A stretch of DNA of 12,644 bases, taken from the NCBI GenBank assembly GCA_964510165.1, contig CAZEBC010000039.1, positions 1 through 12,644 of the forward strand, written 5' to 3'. The stretch comes from an uncultured bacterium. Lineage in GTDB: Bacteria > Abyssobacteria > SURF-5. Shown in pieces: positions 1 to 7,593 of the stretch (the first letter of the stretch is position 1; each line of letters opens with the position of its first letter). Under the pieces are notes generated by a model. That model did no database searches and had not been told where the DNA came from. It saw only the letters and a program-made list of their open reading frames with translations. The translations under genes were made by a program, and so were the position numbers.

Positions 1-20
1 GCCCAAAGACCCAATAGGGA

Positions 21-29
21 AGGAGGTGA
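21..29 (+). promoter_or_regulatory. Strong Shine-Dalgarno site (AGGAGGTGA) for the 36..218 ORF
   Basis: Extended anti-16S match AGGAGGTGA ending 6 nt before ATG36. Confidence 0.85.
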
Positions 30-35
30 TGTCTG

Positions 36-218
36 ATGTGTCAGTCAGGAACAGCCGTGGAAACAACTCGAATCGGCGGTCACGCCTGCGGGTGCGGATG
101 CGGTTCCTCGTTCCGGCGCTTCTTTTCCTCCGCTGAAGAGAAGGAGTGTTTGGAGAACTACCGGGAGCAACTCAAGAAGGAGTTGGCCGGGGTGGAAGAA
201 CGCATAAAGAAGTTGTAA
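36..218 (+). CDS. Small Cys-rich protein (60 aa) with an HACGCGCG motif and a C-terminal coiled coil, reminiscent of DUF5320-like small proteins; putative metal binding
   Basis: Strong SD, ATG start and TAA stop. The sequence is ...GHACGCGCGSSFRRFFSSAEEKECLENYREQLKKELAGVEERIKKL, with heptad-spaced Leu/Val/Ile and alternating E/K. The DUF5320 similarity is recalled, not computed. Confidence 0.8.
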   Translation: MCQSGTAVETTRIGGHACGCGCGSSFRRFFSSAEEKECLENYREQLKKELAGVEERIKKL

Positions 219-235
219 GAGCGGCAGGATGTGAA

Positions 236-244
236 AGGAGGTGA
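236..244 (+). promoter_or_regulatory. Second strong Shine-Dalgarno-like site (AGGAGGTGA)
   Basis: The same 9-mer as 21..29, in a similar context: AAGGAGGTGAcaTCT (235..249) versus AAGGAGGTGAtgTCT (20..34). Confidence 0.65.
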
Positions 245-354
245 CATCTAGAGCCGATAAGAAGACCTCGTGCGGATGCGGTTGCATGGCAACGTCCAAA
301 ACTGCGCCAGGCAAGTTACGCCAAGGCGTGGACGCCAGGAAACCGAAGAAATGA
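241..354 (+). CDS. Putative unannotated basic microprotein with a CGCGC motif (~37 aa; start codon uncertain, possibly a relic)
   Basis: Manual translation from GTG241 to TGA352-354 gives (M/V)TSRADKKTSCGCGCMATSKTAPGKLRQGVDARKPKK*. It lies between the upstream gene's stop and the terminator and shares the Cys-Gly motif with the upstream protein. It is below the ORF-track length cutoff. Confidence 0.5.
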   Translation: MTSRADKKTSCGCGCMATSKTAPGKLRQGVDARKPKK

Positions 355-371
355 CGGCTCGTGGCCGAACT

Positions 372-415
372 GCCGCCGGGGGTGGGAGGCTGCGCCCCTG
401 GCGACGCTTCTTTTC
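372..415 (+). terminator. Probable Rho-independent terminator closing the small-protein unit
   Basis: An 11-bp GC-rich stem, CGCCGGGGGTG (374..384) pairing with CGCCCCTGGCG (393..403) with two G-U pairs and an 8-nt loop, is followed by the U-rich tract TTCTTTTC. Confidence 0.65.
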
Positions 416-430
416 AACCGGTCATAGCGC

Positions 431-459
431 TTGTCGCGGTTCCGCCCGCGTTGTATAAT
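431..459 (+). promoter_or_regulatory. Sigma70-type promoter for the 513..3026 gene
   Basis: -35 TTGTCG (431..436), a 17-bp spacer and a perfect -10 TATAAT (454..459), located just after the terminator and about 55 nt upstream of the start codon. Confidence 0.75.
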
Positions 460-512
460 ACGCGGAACATGTGATGGAGACTGCGAGTGAGACTGACAAG
501 AGGACATGACGG

Positions 513-3026
513 ATGCCATTGAAAGGCGCGCGTACGCGACGAGACCTCATTTCGTTGTCCTTGCTGGCCGCGCTCGTCATCGCGTTTCTTCACAAGGCGC
601 TCATTGGCGGAGAGCAATTCTACGCGGGCGACACGTACCGTTTTTTCTATCCCCTGAAGAAGATGGCGGCCGACTACGTGCGCGGCGGACTCGCCCCCGT
701 GTGGAACCCGCTCGTTCACAGCGGCATGCCGCTCCATGCGGCGGTGCAGGCGGCGGTCTTCTATCCGTTCTCGCTGCTCTTCTACGTGTTGCCGTTCGAC
801 TTTGCCTATAAATGGTATGTGGCGCTCCATCTCATGCTGGCTGCCTGGGGAGCCTACTACCTGTTGCGCGTGTGGCGGCTCGACTGCATTCCATCGGCTC
901 TCGGCGGGATAACCTACGCTTTCAGCGGCTACACAGTGTCCTTCATTGACGGGCTTAACATCTTCTCTTCAATCGCGTGGCTTCCTCTTGTGTTCGCGCT
1001 ATTTGCGCGGGCGGTCGAGCGCCCGACGATATTGTCGCTGGTGCTGGCCGCCTCGGCAATAGCGGCGCAAACGCTGGCGGGCGACCCGGTGAGCGGGTAT
1101 TACACGTTCCTGCTGTGCGGCGCTTACTGGCTCATGGAGTTGGCCAGGCCTGGGGCTCTTTTCAAATCGCCCCGAGAGACCGCCGCACGGTTAGCCGTCC
1201 CACCCGTTATCGCGCTGCTCGCGCTTATTCTGACATATGTTCAGATCGGACCGTCCGCCGAACTCACCCAGTATTCCACTCGCACGGTCGCCATCGGTTA
1301 TGAGAGCGCGACCGCATTCTCGCTTGCGCCGAGACAACTCCTGACGCTCTTCGTTCCATATCTGTTTGGCAACCCTATCGAGGATGTCTATGATTGGGGC
1401 CGCATGTTCGCTCCCCATTTCCCCCTGCTCCGCAGCATTTACGTCGGCGCGATGACCGTCATGCTGTGCCCCATCGCGCTCGCCGCTTTCAAGGAAAGGC
1501 GCGTGTATTTTCTCGCGGCGGCGCTTGCCGTCAGCGTGCTGCTCTCTCTTGGGAAGCACACCCCTCTCTATGAGTTGGCGTATCGTGTCCTGCCGGTGTT
1601 CGGCAAGTTCCGGTATCCCACAAAGGCGTTTTTCCTGTGTTCATTCGCCTTCGCGGCGCTTGGGGCTTATGGGATGCAATACATGCTCGGCACGAACAGC
1701 GAACACCCGGTCCGAGAAAGCGCCCGGCGTTTTGTGAGGTGGTATATCATCGCGGTGATGGCGGCAGCTCTGGCATGGCTCGGGTTCGCCTCAATTGACC
1801 GATACATCCTCGACCTGACAAGCGGATTGTTTGTGAAGGCCTCTTCCACCGAGGAGTCGCTCACGCTCTGCTTTATCCCGTACATGAAACAGCAGATGTT
1901 CCTGGCAAGCGTCGTGACTGCGGTGATGGCGGCGCTTTTATGGACCTGGAGGAAGGGGCTGGTGTCGCAGCACCTGCTCGCGCCTCTTCTGGTTACGTGC
2001 GTGGCGCTCGATATCGTGCCGACGAATTCACGCGCGATAGACACGATTCCGGTTTCCTTCTATTCGCCGCCGTCCGTTGACGCGCTGCTGAAGGCGGATC
2101 GCTCGTTTTTTCGACTCTACCGGACTCCGTTGGACCTCGAACAGCGATTAGAGGGGCTTGGCATAAAGACGCCCCACGAGTACTACGTGTGGAACAGGGA
2201 GATGCTCTCGCCGAACTTCGGCACGCTGTTCGGCCATGCGTACACCGACGGCTACGAAAGCGCCAATTTGCTCTGGCATAACCTGTTCATCCGGTTTGTG
2301 GAAGGCGCGCCGCCCCTCATCAGGCCTGGCCTGCTCGGACTCGTCAACGTGAAATACGTCTTCTCTTCGAATCCGGTAACTCACCCCGACCTCTTGCTGA
2401 GAAGCGCTTTGACCGAGCACGTGTATTTGTACGAGAACGCGCGGTGCCTGGACAGGGCGTACTATGTCCCTGGCGCAATGATCGCGCCGGACGAAGCGTC
2501 CGCGCTCCAACTCCTCGCATCGGACACGTTTGACCCGGGCAAGTACGCAATCCTGGTTGATGCAGGGGGGCCGGGTTCCCTGCATCCAGGGGCAAAGGGC
2601 GTGTCCGGCTTCGAGGTGGCGATGCCGCCCGGCTTCAAATTCCAATCCATGGACACGGCGGTAAACTCGTCCGGCGAGGTATCTGAGCACGTTTCAGCGC
2701 ACCCCGTGGAAATCCTCGATTATTCGCCGAATGCGGTGACGCTCTCAGTCAATGCGCCTGCGGACGGACATGTCGTCCTGTGCGACGCCTATTATCCGAA
2801 ATGGCGGGTTTTCGTGAACGGCAAAGAGCGGGAACTGCTTCGCGCCAATTGCACCGTGCGGGCGGTGGCCGTTTCCAAAGGTGAGAACAGAATCGAATTC
2901 ATCTATGACACCGCCTCGTTCAGGCGGGCGGCCGTGGTCAGCTTCGGCGGATTACTGCTGTGTTTTGTCCTCGGCGCTTTCGATACGATTATCCTGCGCG
3001 GTCGGAGCAGGCCGGCGGCGAGTTGA
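513..3026 (+). CDS. YfhO-family polytopic membrane protein, putative GT-C fold glycosyltransferase (837 aa)
   Basis: An N-terminal TM helix is followed by a loop with Asp (FYAGDTYRFFYP) and the motif PVWNPLVHSGMPLHA...FYP. There are many hydrophobic helices, an FGKFRYPTK motif, a large soluble domain with LCDAYYPKWRVFVNG...RAN...RAVAV, and a final TM helix. GAGGA SD at 500..504. Confidence 0.85.
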   Translation: MPLKGARTRRDLISLSLLAALVIAFLHKALIGGEQFYAGDTYRFFYPLKKMAADYVRGGLAPVWNPLVHSGMPLHAAVQAAVFYPFSLLFYVLPFDFAYKWYVALHLMLAAWGAYYLLRVWRLDCIPSALGGITYAFSGYTVSFIDGLNIFSSIAWLPLVFALFARAVERPTILSLVLAASAIAAQTLAGDPVSGYYTFLLCGAYWLMELARPGALFKSPRETAARLAVPPVIALLALILTYVQIGPSAELTQYSTRTVAIGYESATAFSLAPRQLLTLFVPYLFGNPIEDVYDWGRMFAPHFPLLRSIYVGAMTVMLCPIALAAFKERRVYFLAAALAVSVLLSLGKHTPLYELAYRVLPVFGKFRYPTKAFFLCSFAFAALGAYGMQYMLGTNSEHPVRESARRFVRWYIIAVMAAALAWLGFASIDRYILDLTSGLFVKASSTEESLTLCFIPYMKQQMFLASVVTAVMAALLWTWRKGLVSQHLLAPLLVTCVALDIVPTNSRAIDTIPVSFYSPPSVDALLKADRSFFRLYRTPLDLEQRLEGLGIKTPHEYYVWNREMLSPNFGTLFGHAYTDGYESANLLWHNLFIRFVEGAPPLIRPGLLGLVNVKYVFSSNPVTHPDLLLRSALTEHVYLYENARCLDRAYYVPGAMIAPDEASALQLLASDTFDPGKYAILVDAGGPGSLHPGAKGVSGFEVAMPPGFKFQSMDTAVNSSGEVSEHVSAHPVEILDYSPNAVTLSVNAPADGHVVLCDAYYPKWRVFVNGKERELLRANCTVRAVAVSKGENRIEFIYDTASFRRAAVVSFGGLLLCFVLGAFDTIILRGRSRPAAS

Positions 3027-5282
3027 CCGGAGGTACAGAAAAGCCCCGGCTACGGCCAGCGCGGTTCCCGCCGTTATCAGCTTTCCAAGAAGAAGCGATG
3101 TGGGCGCGAAATACACCCTGACCTTGTGCTCTCCTGTCTTCACCGGGACAACTCTCAGCAGATAGTCGCCTCGGAGAATATTCGTTTCGACGCCATCCAC
3201 CTCCGCGCGCCAGCCGGGATAGTGTATTTCGCTCAACACCACAAGGCCGTCTCCCGGCGCGGTGACCGAGAGCCTGATCTCGTCATTGGAGTAGGAGTCT
3301 ATCACCACGCGCGCCTTGGCTGGCTCGGCGAGGCCGTATCTGCCCAGCGGCGGCTGCTCATGCAGCATGACCATCGAACGCGAATCCATCGTCATGGTCA
3401 GAAAATCCTCGGGCGGCCTCACAAGATAGTCCGAAACAAAGAACACGCGCGGAAAGACCGATTCCGCCCGATATAGGACCGGCTCCTCCCCTTCGCCCTT
3501 GTGCCAGAAATATTTCACGTTGAGCACGTTCTCAAACAGCGCATTGTATTGCTGGTAGACGCGCGGGTCCATCCTGTAATAGGGCATCTGTCGCACGGGA
3601 CTGACGCCGGTGAGCGATTCGAGATATGTCTCAAATATGCTGAGTCCAAGCGCGTTGTGTCCGTTCACGTCACAAATCTCGAAGTATTTCGCGGCGCTTC
3701 CGAAAAACACATCCAGCGGAAACCATACCCTAAAATACTCACTTGTATCCTTCTTTACGGCCTGGACCAAACCGTCTTCCTGCGTCACATAGTCGAGGTC
3801 CACCATGCGTATACGGCCGAGCCCGAGCGCGAACAGGTCCACCACCACCAATCCCGCAAGAAGGTACTTCATGTGGTTGTCGCATCGTCTGACAAGCAGA
3901 AGCGCCGCCGCGAGGCTGAACGAGATGGCGATAAGCGGGAGGAACATCCGCGGATGCCACACCGACGTTATCGGTCCGCCCTGATTCACCAGGAAGCCGA
4001 AGACCGCGCTCGGGGCGGGCACATCGAAGCTGAGGTCTATCTCTCCCATGCGGAAACCGATTGCCACAGCACCTGCGACTATCGCGAAGATGCCGCACGC
4101 GGCCGCCAGCTTCTTCCTGACTCCCCGACTGTGCTCAGGGTCGGCCTCGAAAATCGCCTCCCAGCCCATGCCCGAAAGGATCGCAAGAGACAGGAGCAGC
4201 CCGATTTCAGCCCGCGCGTGAATCCTAAACAGCTTCAGGCCGGGTATAACCTTCAAGAGGAGCGGGAAAACGGGAGTATAGATGCCGAGCATGATCAGCA
4301 GGGCGACCGCTCCGACCGCCGCGAATGCCCTCCTGTCGCCGCCCCGAAACGGAATCAGCGCGGCGACCGCCAAAGCCAGCGGCAGCACCCCCATATAACA
4401 CGAGAATTCCCAATTGCTGACCGCCTTTCCCACATTCACGTATGGCAAAAGGAGATGGATGAAGTTGCGAGGCGGAAACGAGTATGACCCCACGAATTCG
4501 ACGCTTGTCTGTGCGCGCACGCTATGCAGAACCAATTCACCAGAAGGAATGATCTGAATCGCCGAAAGCCCGACTCCCACGGCTCCTACAATCACCAGAT
4601 AGCCGAAGTCCCGCAGCATCAGATGTACGCGCGAGCCGCGCTCTCTATGCAGATTCCTGACGACCGCATAGACGAACAGGAATATGCCCGTGTACAAAAC
4701 CGGCTGTGACGCGCCCGTCAGCACCTGCAAGCCCACTGCAATCCCGCCGAGAAGCGCCCATTCCGGCCTCGCCGTCTGCGACGCCTTTTCGCAGCACAGG
4801 AAAATCCACGGCAGATATGCCGAACACATGACAAGTATCTCGTGGCCCGCCCCGATCCTGTCAATGAAGTAGCCGCTGAACATGAACGCGATCGCCGCTA
4901 TCGCTCCCGCGCTGTGCTTAAGCCCGAGCGCGCGCGCGAGCAGCAGCATCCCCGTTCCCGCGATGAACACGTGCAACGCCATGTTCAGCCCGATCGCGCT
5001 CGATATGGGCATCACGAGGAAGAACTTGTTGAGCGGATAGAACACGCAGTTTCCCGGATCAGCCGCGAACGGCATGCCCGCGTACTCGTATGGGTTCCAC
5101 TTGGGCAGAAGTCCCTTGAGCATCGAGGCGCGGGTGAATGCCCGCGCATAGTAGTGATAGACAAGGATGTCATATCCCGCGATGATCTTCTGCGTGCTCG
5201 CGAATAACACTTTGTGGAAGAACAGAATGGTAAGAACGAGGAGGATGAGGAGTTGGCCGCGGACACCGCCGCGATTCTTCAT
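2952..5282 (-). CDS. Second YfhO-family membrane protein, putative GT-C fold glycosyltransferase (776 aa)
   Basis: Same architecture as 513..3026, with motifs AGYDILVYHY, PKWNPYEYAGMPFAAD...FYP, LKLFRIHAR and LSEIHYPGWRAEVDG...GDYLLRVVPV, plus a C-terminal TM helix. The start overlaps the GH2 stop (ATGA at 5279..5282). Confidence 0.85.
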   Translation of the reverse strand: MKNRGGVRGQLLILLVLTILFFHKVLFASTQKIIAGYDILVYHYYARAFTRASMLKGLLPKWNPYEYAGMPFAADPGNCVFYPLNKFFLVMPISSAIGLNMALHVFIAGTGMLLLARALGLKHSAGAIAAIAFMFSGYFIDRIGAGHEILVMCSAYLPWIFLCCEKASQTARPEWALLGGIAVGLQVLTGASQPVLYTGIFLFVYAVVRNLHRERGSRVHLMLRDFGYLVIVGAVGVGLSAIQIIPSGELVLHSVRAQTSVEFVGSYSFPPRNFIHLLLPYVNVGKAVSNWEFSCYMGVLPLALAVAALIPFRGGDRRAFAAVGAVALLIMLGIYTPVFPLLLKVIPGLKLFRIHARAEIGLLLSLAILSGMGWEAIFEADPEHSRGVRKKLAAACGIFAIVAGAVAIGFRMGEIDLSFDVPAPSAVFGFLVNQGGPITSVWHPRMFLPLIAISFSLAAALLLVRRCDNHMKYLLAGLVVVDLFALGLGRIRMVDLDYVTQEDGLVQAVKKDTSEYFRVWFPLDVFFGSAAKYFEICDVNGHNALGLSIFETYLESLTGVSPVRQMPYYRMDPRVYQQYNALFENVLNVKYFWHKGEGEEPVLYRAESVFPRVFFVSDYLVRPPEDFLTMTMDSRSMVMLHEQPPLGRYGLAEPAKARVVIDSYSNDEIRLSVTAPGDGLVVLSEIHYPGWRAEVDGVETNILRGDYLLRVVPVKTGEHKVRVYFAPTSLLLGKLITAGTALAVAGAFLYLRSTRRRPAPTAQDNRIESAEDKTQQ

Positions 5283-7564
5283 TTCAACACCAGCTTTCCC
5301 GCCCGATCATACGTGCGGTTCCACCAGGTCGCCTCGCCCGCGTCCCAGACGTTCAGGTCGTAGCTGTTATGGCTTATGACCTTGTCGCCCAAACGCATAT
5401 CGGCGCAGAGCAGCCACGTCTCGCGTCTGGGAAGCTTAATGCTGAATTGGAAATAGGACCGCGACGAATCGGGCGGGACCGTGCCGACGTCGAAGCTGAG
5501 ATTCATGAGAGGCTGGCCGCCGTCCTTCAGGTAGATGTCCAGGATACAGCCTTCAAGGGGATTCATCATGTCGTTAACGATCCAAACCTCGATGGGTATT
5601 TCCTCGCCAGGCTCGTATCTCCTGAGTTCATACACAATGCTGATAAGGACGGGGTTATAAATGTCCTTCAACTTCCAATACGCCAGTTTCGGGACTCTGT
5701 AGTAGTCAATCACGCTCCAACTGACCGCCGGCCAAGGCTCGTTGAATTGCCAGAACATTGCGCCGCTGCAATTGGGCTTGCGCCTCCGATAGTGCTCGAT
5801 GGCCGTCTGAAGCGCAAACGCCTGCATCTTCTGCGTGGCCTCGACGAAATGTTCCAGGCTGAACTCGCTCGCCGGGCCGACGTACCGCTCCAGTTTGTTC
5901 AATTGAGCCTTGTGATATTCCCATTCCTCGCCGGGCGGCCACACCTCGCGCTTGCTCAGGAACCGCTTCAGCGACTCCGCCGCGGGCGCCGCCTGGAGCC
6001 CGAACTCGCTTGCGAACTGAGAGAAATCGTTTCGGTACTCATTGATGTTAGCGAAGCCGTGCCAGACGAACCAGTTGTGGCTGTCCCCGCGGGCGGGCGA
6101 CGCCGGCAGGAAGGGACGGCTGCCGTCCGCGCTTCTGACCGCTTGCGCGACACGGGTCAGCAGTTTGGAGTTTCGGCTCGGACTGAACTCATTGCCGCCG
6201 CAGTACACGGCAACGCACGGATAGTTCGCGATGGACTTGACAATGGAGGTCACTTCTTTTTCGGCAAGCCTCAGGAATGCCTCGTCCGAAGGCAGGCGCC
6301 CGAGAAACACGCACGAGAACGGGAATTCCTGCCACACTAGAATGCCCTCTCGCGAACACATCTCATAAAAATATCTCTTTTCCCGGAGACCGCCGCCCCA
6401 CACCCGAAACATATTGATGTGGGCTTCTTTGGCCAGCCTGATGAGCTCCCGGTAATCCTCCTCGCGCAAACGCCCCGGCAGCGAATCCGCCGGCACCCAA
6501 TTGGCGCCCCTGATGAATTCGGGATTTCCGTTGATAGTAAATGTCCAATCGGCGCTCTTGCCAGAGGCCCCGGGATTGCGCGCCAACTTCACGTCCCGTA
6601 GCCCGATCAGACAACTCACTCGATCACTCAGCTTGTCGCCTTCGAAAATGCCGATGGTCAATTCGTAGAGATTCGGCTCTCCACGGTCCCACGGATTCCA
6701 GAGGCGAGGCTCCTCGATGATCACGTTCCTCTCCAGCGCCTCTATCCCCTTCTTCACGAATGCGTTGAAGCTGAATTTCTGAGTCTTGCCCTCAAAGTTG
6801 GCCGGGCGAAGTTGGACGACGATATTCACTTGAACTGCGGCGGCGGAATTCAGGTGGAGCCTGACTGAGAGCTTTGCGCTATCCAGTTCCCTGAACACGC
6901 TCGGCTGGGCCGACACATATCCGATGAGCGCCGAGCCGCACCCAATCAGGTTCACCTCATCCCAGACACCCATCGTCCGCATGTCCGGCGCGAAGTCCCA
7001 GCCGAAGCCCATTTGACACTTGACCGTCGCCGTCCGCTCGGGGAAAACCTCCTGTCCGTCCTGGAGGGGAGCGCCGATCTTCTCGGCCATCCGACGCCAT
7101 GAATTACGCCGCGGCTTGGGAAGAAACGAGGAACCCAGAATCCTGACGTTCAACACGTTTTCATCCCGCATCATCGAGGTCACGTCATACAGGTGGCGAG
7201 TGAACATGCCCTCGTTCTCGCCGAGCTTGCGCCCATTGAAGTAAACCTGACTGATGTAATCAATCCCGCGAAGCTCCAGGAAATACCGGCTGAACTTGTT
7301 CCCGGGGTGCTTGAATTTCTTCTCGTACCACCACACGCAATCGTTCACCCATCCGCCAGCCTCGTTATTCTTGCCCACAAACAGATCGGGCAGCCGCTTG
7401 GCCGCCATCAGGTCGGCTCGCACATTTCCGGGCACAGTCGCATTGAACCATTCGGTCATTTTCTCAACTTCGGCGATGGTTGCCGACGCCGAGCCGTCGT
7501 AAATCTTCTTATACCCGAGGCGCCAGTCGCTGCCCCCGAGAGATATGGAATTATGGTGTTCCAA
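5279..7564 (-). CDS. Glycoside hydrolase family 2, beta-mannosidase-like (761 aa, TTG start, no evident signal peptide)
   Basis: Beta-mannosidase-type GH2 motifs: ATVPG, KCQMGFGWDFAP, FIRGANWVP, INMFRVWGGG, GILVWQEF, CGGNE (acid/base Glu), FASEFG (nucleophile Glu) and WQFNEPWP. A GAGGG SD lies upstream of the TTG. Confidence 0.9.
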   Translation of the reverse strand: MEHHNSISLGGSDWRLGYKKIYDGSASATIAEVEKMTEWFNATVPGNVRADLMAAKRLPDLFVGKNNEAGGWVNDCVWWYEKKFKHPGNKFSRYFLELRGIDYISQVYFNGRKLGENEGMFTRHLYDVTSMMRDENVLNVRILGSSFLPKPRRNSWRRMAEKIGAPLQDGQEVFPERTATVKCQMGFGWDFAPDMRTMGVWDEVNLIGCGSALIGYVSAQPSVFRELDSAKLSVRLHLNSAAAVQVNIVVQLRPANFEGKTQKFSFNAFVKKGIEALERNVIIEEPRLWNPWDRGEPNLYELTIGIFEGDKLSDRVSCLIGLRDVKLARNPGASGKSADWTFTINGNPEFIRGANWVPADSLPGRLREEDYRELIRLAKEAHINMFRVWGGGLREKRYFYEMCSREGILVWQEFPFSCVFLGRLPSDEAFLRLAEKEVTSIVKSIANYPCVAVYCGGNEFSPSRNSKLLTRVAQAVRSADGSRPFLPASPARGDSHNWFVWHGFANINEYRNDFSQFASEFGLQAAPAAESLKRFLSKREVWPPGEEWEYHKAQLNKLERYVGPASEFSLEHFVEATQKMQAFALQTAIEHYRRRKPNCSGAMFWQFNEPWPAVSWSVIDYYRVPKLAYWKLKDIYNPVLISIVYELRRYEPGEEIPIEVWIVNDMMNPLEGCILDIYLKDGGQPLMNLSFDVGTVPPDSSRSYFQFSIKLPRRETWLLCADMRLGDKVISHNSYDLNVWDAGEATWWNRTYDRAGKLVLK

Positions 7565-7593
7565 GTTGAACCCTCTGCGTCATCTGAAGGCGG

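Noticed and set aside
352-410. Selenocysteine read-through of TGA352 with a downstream hairpin as SECIS
   Set aside because: The TGA is not in a Cys-equivalent motif position. The main hairpin is followed by a U-tract and is better explained as a terminator, and the read-through frame would run across the next promoter.
270-458. 62-aa + strand ORF from the ORF track, and the short alternative frame starting at ATG29
   Set aside because: The 270..458 ORF crosses the terminator and promoter and has no SD at suitable spacing. ATG29 overlaps the SD itself, whereas ATG36 is optimally spaced.
3501-4487. 328-aa + strand ORF
   Set aside because: Antisense shadow of the second YfhO-like gene. Its Arg/His/Gln-rich composition is what the reverse complement of hydrophobic codons gives in GC-rich DNA, and it has no recognisable motif.
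5369-6340. 323-aa + strand ORF
   Set aside because: Antisense to the GH2 catalytic domain, with no family motif; an expected shadow ORF.
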